Assembly: GCA_001244265.2 (NCBI GenBank)
Contig: CDLV01000006.1
Span: 1,550,001-1,614,000, forward strand
DNA length: 64,000 nt
Direction of reading: 5' to 3'
From: Microbotryum violaceum
Lineage: Eukaryota
Below, in pieces: positions 51,539 to 64,000 of the stretch. The number at the start of each line of letters is the position of its first letter. Position 1 is the stretch's first letter. The position numbers and the translations under genes are program-made. Under the pieces are notes generated by a model, which did not search any database, had not been told where the DNA came from, and saw only the letters and a list, made by a program, of their open reading frames with translations.

Positions 51539-53049
51539 TTAACCTATCTCGAAACGATACTTGGACAGAAGATGAGGTACCGCAGCCAACAAGGGACCGT
51601 ATCTGAGAGCGCATTGATAGGCCCACTGCAGGTCAGCGTCATGTAGGAACGGACACCCGATCGAGGCAGGGACCGACCTGACAGCATTGTCGTACAATTC
51701 CAGCAAAGGAATGGCGATGAGCTTCATGTTGCTGGGGACCGTAAAGACTTCTGTGCTTGGATGGGACACGAGGATTCGTTGTGATTCAGTACTTGAGCAG
51801 CTAAAGGCTCAAAGCTGTAAAGACTGACTGTGCTCAGGCAGCTGGACGAGGTAGAGGCTCTTGACCTCTTTGGGTTGCGCGATGTGACTGGCAGGATAAA
51901 GAGAGTCAGGACACGACAATATCCTGGTGTTGAGAGAGACGACTTGCGCAGGAACGTAAGGGTACTGCGATGCAGAAGTCGAAAGACCATCAGAACAGGA
52001 GTCAGCTATCTGAAAGGCGCCAAATTCGTCCCAACTCGCCCAGGTCCAATTGCTCACCATGAACTGTTCATAGTTAGGTCTCCACCACTGAGCTAGGAGA
52101 TCGTGGACCTCCCAGCCCGTCACTTGCTTCTTTTCCATCGAAGGATCGGACTGCGCATCGTCTCGAGCTTTGGGACCGAGGCGCATGTCGAGCCTGAGGC
52201 CGAGACCATCCTTGTTGGGTTCATTGGGCTTGAGGTAATCACCAGGGCTGAGTATCAAAACGTGATTTGAGCTGAGGACGTGGACCGAAGCTAAGTGAAC
52301 GCGACTGACAGCTTGAAGTAGGCGTTGGCGACTTGGAGGAGCAAGACGTGTGGGTGGCCTGTGCACGACACGCCAAGATCCAGTCGACACTAGTAGTCGC
52401 GTGCATGACATAGTAAGAGACAAAAATCTGGATGTTGACTCACCGTGTTCGTGAACGAGCAACACGCCTTCGACCTGTAACAAAGCCCCCCTCTCGCACC
52501 AAGTCAGTCTAAACTTCTACTCCCCGGATGAATTCGCACATGACACGTGAAGGCAGCTCCCGCTGACCGTCTGGCGAATACCATATTGCTCAAAATCATT
52601 CTGACTTCCACGCCCCAAACGCAAGCCCCAAGTGTAGCTTCGAAGTCAGCTCAACGTTCGCCATTACTGGCGGGGCAGACGACGTCCGAATTGGCCAGCC
52701 GAGCTCACAGTCGTTGCAGCCGCGCCGAGACGGACGGGTCTTCTTCGTATTGCGGGTCCTTGGTGTTGAACACATAATCTAGAGAGTATACCCAGCAAGC
52801 AACACCGACGTAACGGTCAGTCCATCCAACGTCACAGCGCGCCGCCAAAGTTTTACGGACCCGCCGGCCCACTTCCTTCTACGGGACCCGGTTCAAGAAG
52901 ACCAGGAAACCCTGTGGAGCGTCGCACCGGCGTGACTCACTACTGAGAGGATAACTGATCCCTCACGTCATCCCAGTTTACGTCAGCGAGAGCTCGTTCA
53001 TTTCGGTGGTGAGTGGACCATCTGCGTACAGAACGAGTGGGTCGGACAT
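51539..53049 (-). CDS. NUDT21: Cleavage factor Im 25-kDa subunit (CPSF5, Nudix fold), 10 exons
   Basis: LYPLSNYVFNTKDPQYEEDPSVSARLQRL, TVEGVLLVHEHGHPHVLLLQVANAYFKLPGDYL, WWRPNYEQFMYPYVPAHIAQPKE and PSNMKLIAIPLLELYDNAVRYGP. Confidence 0.95.
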
Positions 53050-53277
53050 GATGGAAGTTGATGTAGTTGGCAAGAATGCAAAGGCGGAGAGTTTGAATCG
53101 CGAAGGGCGATGCGATTTCAGCGCGAAAAGGAGACCCGAGCGTTCGAACTTTATTTGAGCTCCCGATCGGAGATCGCTCGGTCTTTTCGATGCACCCCCG
53201 TCGCGCGGGAAGGGCTGCAACCAATTATTGCGATCAACACGAAGAGGAACAATTGCAGTCTAACCAACCTCAACCTA

Positions 53278-54163
53278 TCAGCACACCCGCTGAACCTTCC
53301 CCTCCACGTCCCTAATCATCTCCTCAAGTTTCTCCACCTCGGCAGCCGTGACGAAATGTCCCATGCCAGGAAACAACCTCAATTCGACCTTGCTCCCTCT
53401 TGCCTGGAGACCCTCTACATCCTTCTCCACCCGACTGGGCCTATAATATCTATCTTTATCCCCCCATCCGATGTAAATCGGCATCAAAGGGTCCATTTTT
53501 TTTCCCAAGAAATCTTCAGGCGCACCAATGATACTCGCCGACAAAGCCAGAACACCACCCAGTGGTTTCTCAGGATGTGAAAGGGCGTAGATCAAAGCTA
53601 GGGAAGCGCCCTGGGAGAACCCGGCGAGGATGACACGGTTCGAAGGTACGGAGAGGGAGGTGATCGTGCGGTCGATGAGGCAGAGCGCGGGGGTGAGGTA
53701 GGGTTCTTGTGATATCGGGGGTTGGTCCCAGTGGTTCGGGTACCTGTTTGGATACACGAGAGAAAATGATACAAGCTGTCAGTCGATTCTGCACAGGTCG
53801 CGACACCACCCTGCTGAGGCATTCCAACCCTTGACGGAGCCGGGGCCCCACTTACGGCCTCGCCCCGTCAGCTCCAACCCGACACCGTCCCAATACCGCC
53901 TCAGCAAGTAGTTACCAAATCTCATCCTGCGCCCTCAAAAACACCCACTCCACACTTCCCGCTATCTCCTCATTCAGCTTATCGAACGTAGGCCTAAACA
54001 CGGGCAAGTCCTCTTCCGGTGATCCACCTCGACCGTGCAAGTAGATGACCACACATTTGGGGGACGAGGATGACGATGGCTTTGGGCTGGTGTAGAGCAA
54101 GGGTTTGGTGTTGTCATGAGGTCCTGGTGAGTCGGATCGAGGGAGGTCGAGGCGTGAGGCCAT
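53278..54163 (-). CDS. Phospholipase/carboxylesterase (acyl-protein thioesterase-like alpha/beta hydrolase)
   Basis: VIYLHGRG, nucleophile GFSQG, GDKD and GMGH catalytic triad elements. One intron at about 53745-53914. An alternative upstream ATG lies at 54244. Confidence 0.87.
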
Positions 54164-54693
54164 TGGAGTGGGGACGTTCGCAGCTTGAATAGACGGGGGG
54201 AGGACGGGAATGTTGGGCCCGGTTCGCGTGATGGACCACCTCATGCGTTTCGCTGTTCCCCTCGGCTCTCGGCCAGAACTCGATTGACTTTGAGAAAGGT
54301 TTAGCATTTACGTTCGAGGGCAAAACCGAGAAAAAAAACCAAGACTACAGCAAGGGGAGGAGAACAGCCGAAACTCGTTCACAATGTAGAGATGGAGAAA
54401 CCACTAGATAGGTTGGAGCGCGTTTGGGTGTGAGGGAGGAGGAGACGAAGAGAGGAGAGAAGAATCTTTATAAAGGAGGGGACACGAGTCGATTCAGGTG
54501 TGACGACAAAAGTGCATGACAAGATGAGACGACGTGAAAGGTGGGTTCGAGAGGAGGAGGGGAGAGGGAGAGGGCGAGAGGTTCAGGACCAAAAATCGGC
54601 ATAGCATAGTAGATTGGGGGTGGTTGCTAAAGTTGGGAAGATCTCCGTTTGTAGGTTAAGGGGTTGCGAGAGAAAGATGTCAACGATCTTGGT

Positions 54694-56419
54694 TTAGGAC
54701 TCGGCGGCGGGCTCGGCGGCTGGGGCAGGGGCGGCAGCAGCAGGGGCGGCCTCAGCAGCCTTCTCGGGTTCTTGAGCATCGGTGAGGTCCGAGGTCCACA
54801 GGGTCAAGTTGTCGCGCAGGAGTTGCATGATGAGCGTCGAGTCCTTGTACGACTCCTCGGACAAGGTGTCGAGCTCGGCGATCGCATCGTCGAACGCGAG
54901 TTTGGCGAGCTGGCACGCGCGCTCGGGCGAGTTGAGGATCTCGTAGTAGAAGACGGAGAAGTTCAACGCCAGGCCGAGGCGGATGGGGTGTGTCGGCGCC
55001 AGCTCGGCGGATGCGATCTCGCTCGCGGCCTTGTACGAGTCGTGCGCGGCCTCGGATGCTTTTTGGCGCTCATCGCCGTTGGCGAACTCGGCGAGGTAGC
55101 GGTGGTAGTCACCCTTCATTTTGTGGTAGAAGACCTGGTGGAGCGAAGATGAGATCGGGAGGTGAGCTTCACTTCGTCTCCTCATCGTTTCGCCAGATAG
55201 TGACCGACCTTGGACTCGCCGGCCTGAGCCGAGGGGATGAGGTGTTCGGCGAGAACCTTGAGGATATCGTTGCAGACTGCACGTAGAGCAAGGTCGCCGT
55301 CAGCAAATCGTGGCAGATCTCGATCACACTAGCTGAACCGAGCGCACCATCCGACAGCTCGCCCTCGACCTTTTGGCGGTAGGCCTTGATCTTGGCGACC
55401 TGCGACTCGTTGCCCTTGGACTCTTCCTTTTGCTCGATCGACGAGATGATTCGCCACGATGCACGTCGGGCACCAATGACCTGTGAGCGGAAGGAGAGGT
55501 AGGGAAAGGAATTCCATTCCGACCCGGGATGGTTAGGACTCCGCGCTGCAAGTCACGTGCGCGGTGTGTGGGATGATGCTAAGGCGCGCGCCTACTCACG
55601 TTCTTGTAGGAAACCGATAAAAGGTTGCGCTCCTCGATGCTGAGCTCTACGCCGAGCTGCGGACGTGAATGAACGGACGGGGTGAGATGGGGTGGGACAG
55701 CGTCGATTGAGATGCGCGTCGGGTGGGGAGCGAATGAATGCAGCAACGGAATGAATAGATTCAGTCAGTCACAGTCACACAAGGGGTGACATACTGAGCG
55801 GGCCTACATACCTTGGCAACATCCTTCATGCTGATGGGGCGCGGAATGCATCGTGTGGCACGTCGAGAAAAGTGAGGTGTGATAAGAACCGACCGGATTG
55901 CGCAAGGGGGGAAATGATTGTCGGTTAGTCACCGGACCGTCCGCGCTCTGCTGCGCTCGTATGGGCACTACTGACTAGGTGACCATCTCATCGTATCGTT
56001 CACTCTGTGATCAGACGTCGAGGTGGGCGGCGGGGTCAGCGCGAGGAGAGCGGATCGAAAGCCTAGCAGGCAGCACCCGAGGCCACACTGAGACATTCCG
56101 ACGCTGGCGTCACAGCGGCAGCTTGGTAAGGGGACAGCAGCAGCTTCGACCGTGCTAGGCCTCCTCGTATGGAAACGATCAAGTCCTTCCAGTAAAAGAC
56201 ATCGGGTGGTGTGCACCTCCGTTCGACCACGATGGCATCGGCCTCGGCGGGCGGCCAGTCTCGGTGGGTGGGTGGCCGCCCCAACTTGCCCTGCTGCTGC
56301 TGCTGCTGGCCACGGCCCATTCCCAGCCCAAGCAGCCCAAGCACCGGCGCTGAACTGAGTCAACTGACCTGCTCGGCGATACGACCCATGTAGGTCAAGT
56401 GTGCTCGTTGGTCCGACAT
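54694..56419 (-). CDS. 14-3-3 protein, 7 exons
   Basis: [68 protein letters not shown] and [21 protein letters not shown]. Confidence 0.98.
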
Positions 56420-56860
56420 GGTGTGTATATAAAGCGACGAGAGAAGGGCGCGAGGTTGAGATCGAAGAGGTTCGATGATGCGGCTGAGGTCGAAGTGGAA
56501 CCAGAGTACGCCGGTCCAAAGCGGCTCGGTGCGCCTGGGCCAGGCTGAGTGCGCCAGAGTGCGCCTGCGTCAACAGGCGCGTCGACTGTATCAGCAACGG
56601 CACAACGGCGCACGCACTGGGGCACTGCGCGCCTGAGACCACGATTTGGCCGGCGGGGCTCCTTGGGCTCAGATTCAGTTGTTCCCAGACAGCACATGTG
56701 AAATTTAGCTCCCTGCATGGCTCGAGTCGTGTTCATACCTTCAAAATATTCATGGAACCCAAGATACACGCATCCAACGGAACAAAAACCTATCAACTGC
56801 ATGACTCCCAAGACGTGTTGCTTCTCAGCTGAGGGTCGGCTTTTGTCCGATCATCCCCCT

Positions 56861-58994
<2,134 letters not shown>

Positions 58995-59364
58995 TTTAAT
59001 GGATTAGAGTGCTGAGGTCGTGGAATGCAAGAAGGAATTGGGGAACCGGGGGAGAGTTGTGCGAAACGAAAGGCTCAGTTCGAGCGATGGCGACATCACG
59101 GCATTGGGCGGCAGGATAGGCGCGGCAGGGCGGTAGAACGTCGGCCAAGCCCAATGTGGGGCAGGGCGAAGCAGCTCCAAGCCATCAGCGCAGGTGCCCC
59201 ATACTTTTATTAACTTTACAAAATTTAACTCCTGTAGTTGCGAGCGCAGATCGCGACGCGGTCCCCCTTTCGAACGCCGCGCGAGTGGAACAGCGCTGCG
59301 AGCGCCGCGACGCGAGTATGCGCCTCGGCGTGCCACGTTTGAGTTGGAAGAAGTACATCATCAG

Positions 59365-59406
59365 TCGAGATTTCATTTCGAGATTTCATTTCGAGATTTC
59401 ATTTCG
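59365..59406. repeat. (TCGAGATTTCATT)x3 tandem repeat upstream of MET17
   Basis: Three perfect 13-bp units plus a partial unit. A fourth TCGAGATTT follows near 59417. Confidence 0.9.
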
Positions 59407-59707
59407 CTTCACAACGTCGAGATTTTACGGTTGGGGAAGCAGCAGCTAAGGGAGGAAGGAAGTCAGAAGTAGTAGTAGTGCGTGCAGCTGAGCAGTTTCA
59501 TCAAAAAGACGTCGGAAGTGAGGCTCAGAAAAAGGGAAGGGAATCCGATGCTGGAACGAAAACATGTCAAAGAAAGTATCCCGTAATACTTGAAAGAGGC
59601 GCGCAAGAAGAAGAGAGACAGAAAAACAGTCACCAGGCGGATGGGTCTCCGAGTATCGAACCTGCCATGGGAGAGGGAGTCTAAAGCGAGTACCGGCATC
59701 TTGAAAA

Positions 59708-61773
59708 CTATACATCTGACATGGTCACTTCGGTCGAGATAGGCTGCGTCTCCCCGTTCGCAACATTCTGTGCCGTGATCGAGGCTTGCTCGGCAAAGAA
59801 CCTGACGTCGGCGTCCGTGTCATTGCGCAGCTTCTCGAGACTGGGCAAGATCTCCTCGGCGACGAGTTCCTTGCCTCCCGGTTGGCCTGCGACGGCCTTA
59901 GCCAGAGTCTCCAATGCTTTGGCAACGTTGAATCGAATGTTGGGGATACGGTCAGAGACGAGGAGAGTAACGGTTTGGAGAACGCTGGATCGGATGACCT
60001 CGACGTCCAATGCTGGGGCGATCGTCTGTGAAAAAAAAAAACCCTCAAATGCACGATCAGGCTTCTACTCTCGACTGTGTTAGCGTGAGACAAGGCTGCA
60101 ATCTCGACTCACTGTGATCGCAAACACGGTTGTCATGCGGAAGAGGTAATTTGTATTGGTGCCCAAGTTGATGATTTTGGGGATGATGGCTGACTTGGCC
60201 CACTCGACGCCAAAGACCTCGGTCAGCTTGCGCAGATTCACCGTCGCGGCCTCTCGGATCGAAAAGACGGGGTCGCCAAGCCAGTTCATGCACAGGCTCG
60301 CGAGTTGCTCGTCAAAGAAGGCGACGCCGAGCTGTTGTGCGAGCAGAGGGATGTATTCGATGATGGCCTGGCGCACTCGCCATTGCTTGTCCTCGGCGAG
60401 CTGCACGATTGCCGGTAACAGCGCTTTGGACAAGAGCTCGATGCCAATCACGGCGTTGACCATGTCGAGCTTGGAGATGATATTGAGCCGTACGTCGGGG
60501 AACTCGTCCTTCAATAGCTGAAGGAACAAGGGCAAGAGGTGCTCGATCGTCGAGTCCTTGCCGAGTAGAGGCGCAAGTCCCGAGATCTGCGTCGCGAGCG
60601 CTGCTCGGACGTGCTGCGAGGTATCGGTCGAGAGGTCACGGATGCAAGGCATCAGACGGGCAAGGATGATTTCTCGGTCCACAAGTTTGGCAAAGCCTGT
60701 CGTCAAGAGGAGAGATCAGTTTTCTGTCGTTGCGGCCACCCGCGGCCATTTGCACTTCTCGGACACTCACCAGGGATCTGACCAGCTGCGGCGGTCCTGA
60801 CCTCGGCTTCGTTGTCCTTGAGCAAAGCGACGAAAGCGACGACGAGGTCTTCACGGACGTGGTCCTCTCCGGCGGCGGTCGCGAGTTTGACAAAGTGATC
60901 GGCGACCATGTATCGCACACGCCAGCTCTTGTCGCTGACCATGGCCTTCATCGTCGCGCCAAGGTACGTCTTGCACTCATCGTTGGACAGGGCCTCGGCG
61001 ATGGCAATAAGCGCATCGACGGTGAGGCATCGAACCGAGTCCTGGTCGTCCTGGGACAGCTTGCGGAAGGCGGGGAGGAGGTCGTTGAGGAGGTGCTCGT
61101 GCGATACGGTTTTGGAGAAGGGGCCGAGCTCCTTGGCGGCGGCACGACGAACCATGGGGGTGTCGTCAGTGCAGAGTTTGGTGTACATCTTGCGCATGTC
61201 GTCGCGAGTCGCCGGAGCGGCTTTCGGGTACGCGGCGGCGAAGAGCGAGGTGGCGGACGTGCGCGAGGTGAACCATTCGGCCGATTCGAGGCGCTTGAGC
61301 AGCGGGAGGTACGACTCTTCGATCTGCTGCTCCGAAAGAGCGGCACAGACCTTGGCGATGGACTCGGACGCCTTCTCGCGCACCAAGGTCTCCTCGACCG
61401 AGGCGAGTATCTCGAGTACGGGCAGGAGCAGGTGCGCATACTGGTCGCCGCCGACGTACTCGACAAAGTTGAGGCCGAGCTCCTCGGCGAGTGCGAGCAG
61501 GATCTCGTCGTCGTCGTCGAGCGATTCGATGAGGAACGGGATCAGCTCTGTGCGTGTCCTCTCTGTGCCGAGGGCGAGGGCGATGGTCGAGATGCGGTGA
61601 ATCGCGTTGAGACGCAGGGTAACATCCTCGCTTCTCAGTTCGTCGACTGGGGGAGATGCCATCATGTGTCAGTGGGGGGGGGGGGCAATGAATAGCGCAA
61701 ATAGTGGTGGGTGGGTAAAGGACTGACCGAGAATGGCGATGGGGTGCAGAGGGTCTTGGGAATAATCAGCCAT
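59708..61773 (-). CDS. TPD3: Protein phosphatase 2A scaffold (A) subunit, HEAT repeats, 4 exons
   Basis: [60 protein letters not shown] and [12 protein letters not shown]. Confidence 0.97.
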
Positions 61774-62535
61774 GACGACGGCTGAGAGCTGGCGCTGAGT
61801 GACGAGGGGCGGCCACGAATGGTGACGGAACGTAGCAGGCTATCGGTGGGACGGTGGGAGTGCGCTCGAGCCTCAAAGGTGTGCGGATGGCGAGTGGCGA
61901 GTCAAATCAGGCGCACTGGATCCGGAGCTCAGGTGGGAGGGGAGAGCTTCAGTTGGGCTTGGTTGTAATGTAATGGCGGTGTGGTGGGTGGTGGGTAAAA
62001 GTGGGGAAAACAAGTTACAGGCGCAAGCCACAAGAAGGCGCGCATTCGCTTCTAATTCTCTTGTCTTCGCTTGTAAAGGCTTTGGATGTTTGGAGCTCTG
62101 GACGGGCCCCCACAGCAGCCCCAGTTTGGCGCGGCGGTTGTGTGCCTGCGCTGGCTGCGCTGGCCCAGTCAGTGCCAGTTCAAATGAGTTTGTGAGATTG
62201 GGCTTCCCCTGATCCGAGTCAGTCGCAGTTCGGGCGACCCGCATCTTTCCGCCTCAACTTGGGTGACTCTTCTCCAACGAGAGTCCGGCGGTCGTCCACC
62301 TCAAGCTCGAGCACGCTTCACCTTGGTCTGGGCTCCCCTCCTTGGTGGCGGTACAACGTCGCCGGACCGAGCGCGCGGAGGGGGCAGCCTCATCGTCATT
62401 GGGGACCGAGTGGGCGCAGCTTCCAGGGGTTCTACGGTGATTCGGCAAGGCGAATATCCGCATCTCTCTCTGACTCGAACACATAACATCGTTCAAGACG
62501 TTGCTCTGTAGGCGGTTTTTGACCACCTACACGAG

Positions 62536-64000
62536 ATGGACAGGTCGTCTCAAGCTGGTCCGAGACCTTCGTCGTCGCCGTCGTCAAGTGATTCGCACTC
62601 GCACTCGGTAGCGGCCCCACCTGTCACCGAAGCTACAGCAACGGCGCTCTATCCGGCTTGGCCCCACCGTGCCGCCCTTCCTCGAGTCTTGACCATCCAC
62701 GATCCGGGACCCATAGCGACCTCGGACTCGGCCATGGTCAGCGCATCCACGTCAGGCAATCCATCGCTCGCTCCTTGGGCTTTCGACGATCCTTCGCTTC
62801 AGGCTGAGCCACGTCATTCACAGCAGCAGACTCATCGAATGGATGAGCCACGCCGCCATGAAAGCAGGAACGGTGAACAAAGCGCGCATGATACTGGCCA
62901 ACCTCAAGACCGGAGTCATCAGGCCATGTATCGCACCCTCAGACTCGCCGAAACCTTACGTCGCCGCGCGGCAGCTCAGGGTCGGACTTCCACCCGCCCA
63001 GAACTGTCTTTCCGAATCACCGGCATGGACGCACCCAGCCCCTTTTCCATGGCTTTCGACGACCACACCTACGAAGACTTTTCTAACATGGACGACGGTA
63101 TTGAACTGGCCCTTCCATCCGGCTTGGACCTCGATGACGATCGGGATCCTGAGCCGAGGTACGATGATGATAATCCACTGCACAACTGGATACCCGACCC
63201 CGAACCCTACTCCGAAACGGATAGCGACGCGGACGAAGCATTATTCTGGCCTGGGCTTTTGATCGAAAGACCCCTCAATCCACCTGGACGTTCACTCCTG
63301 CGCAGGTCTCTCACTCGGTCGATGCTTGATCGAGTTTCCCCTTGCCTTTTGGAAGAAACTTCCGGGTTGGGGTCGGGTCCGACACCAGCGCTCGACCCTG
63401 TTTCATCAACCTCCCCATCCTCGTTCTTGAAACGAGGCATGTTCTTCTCTGGCATCCAGGTCTACGTGGTCCCGCTACCTCCGCCCATTCCGGCACCGGC
63501 AACGCCGACAAGTCGGACCGAGCGACGGTCTTCCCACCCTCGACCACACCGGCAGCTCGCCGCGTCAACCATGGATGTATACGAGTCGGCCCGAGCTCTC
63601 GCCGAGGGGGTGAACCGTACCCAACAGAATCCAACTGTTTCTCGATCATCCTCTCTCCTGCCTCCCGCAAGGCCCTCCGCGCAACCTCCTTTCGCCGAAT
63701 CATCCCCCCTCATTCAATTACTGCGCTCCGCGAATCGACTCGACGACTTTGTCAACCACTCCTCGATAGAAGAAGCATTCGGTTCTTTCCCTACCGAGTT
63801 CTCTCCGGGTCATGTCACGGCGACGGCGACGACAACAACGAATGATGGGGTATCGGACTTGGATCTGTCCCCTTTTGCGAGGGCGAGGTTGAGGACCGAA
63901 CAGGATGTGAGGGAGATTAGGGAACGGACAGCTAGGGTTGCGAGAGCGAGGTCTGTGACAACGACGGGAACATGGGATTTGCTAAGACTGGCGGAACTGG
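62536..64000 (+). CDS. Partial long ORF running off the window, possibly Vid24/Gid4-family
   Basis: Stop-free frame from ATG 62536 to the window end (absent from the ORF track because it has no stop). It contains SSFLKRGMFFSGIQ, which resembles the S.L..G..F.G.Q start of the Vid24 domain; the rest of that domain is not visible. Confidence 0.55.
   Translation, partial: MDRSSQAGPRPSSSPSSSDSHSHSVAAPPVTEATATALYPAWPHRAALPRVLTIHDPGPIATSDSAMVSASTSGNPSLAPWAFDDPSLQAEPRHSQQQTHRMDEPRRHESRNGEQSAHDTGQPQDRSHQAMYRTLRLAETLRRRAAAQGRTSTRPELSFRITGMDAPSPFSMAFDDHTYEDFSNMDDGIELALPSGLDLDDDRDPEPRYDDDNPLHNWIPDPEPYSETDSDADEALFWPGLLIERPLNPPGRSLLRRSLTRSMLDRVSPCLLEETSGLGSGPTPALDPVSSTSPSSFLKRGMFFSGIQVYVVPLPPPIPAPATPTSRTERRSSHPRPHRQLAASTMDVYESARALAEGVNRTQQNPTVSRSSSLLPPARPSAQPPFAESSPLIQLLRSANRLDDFVNHSSIEEAFGSFPTEFSPGHVTATATTTTNDGVSDLDLSPFARARLRTEQDVREIRERTARVARARSVTTTGTWDLLRLAEL

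Noticed and set aside
59365..59426. Short repeats as a CRISPR-like array
   Set aside because: The units are contiguous with no spacers, only 13 bp long, and the context is eukaryotic with no cas genes.
60730..61695. Long antisense ORFs over PP2A-A, and similarly over MET17, GT49 and 14-3-3
   Set aside because: These are shadow frames expected from strong GC3 codon bias and have no independent protein features.

Overview
Eukaryotic, intron-dense fungal DNA (short GT-AG introns with CTRAC branch sites, high GC3). The gene style suggests a basidiomycete, probably a Pucciniomycotina/Microbotryomycetes yeast, which is inference. By manual splicing I can support about 25 protein-coding genes, mostly housekeeping: Mzt1, Naa40/Nat4, kinesin-8 Kip3, an SDR, a NIPA-type Mg2+ transporter, Lsm4, a class III G-alpha, a GT49 glycosyltransferase, a ModF-like soluble double-ABC ATPase, an Alb1/Ecm1-like protein, an RA-PH protein, Bsd2, mitochondrial S18, FHIP/FAM160, Erg25, CFIm25, a phospholipase/carboxylesterase, 14-3-3, Met17, PP2A-A, a partial Vid24/Gid4-like gene and several hypothetical proteins. 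There is also one decayed Ty1/copia element (about 12.5-15.75 kb) and several microsatellites. I see no CRISPR array, rRNA, convincing tRNA or obvious novel multi-gene system. The most notable observations are: a hidden six-exon Cys-rich (BRI3/LITAF-like) gene that needs two GC-AG introns; at least five frame-required GC-AG introns among roughly 100 introns; a frameshifting tandem acceptor in CFIm25; and the asymmetric soluble ABC ATPase. Gene boundaries come from manual reading and are approximate where stated.
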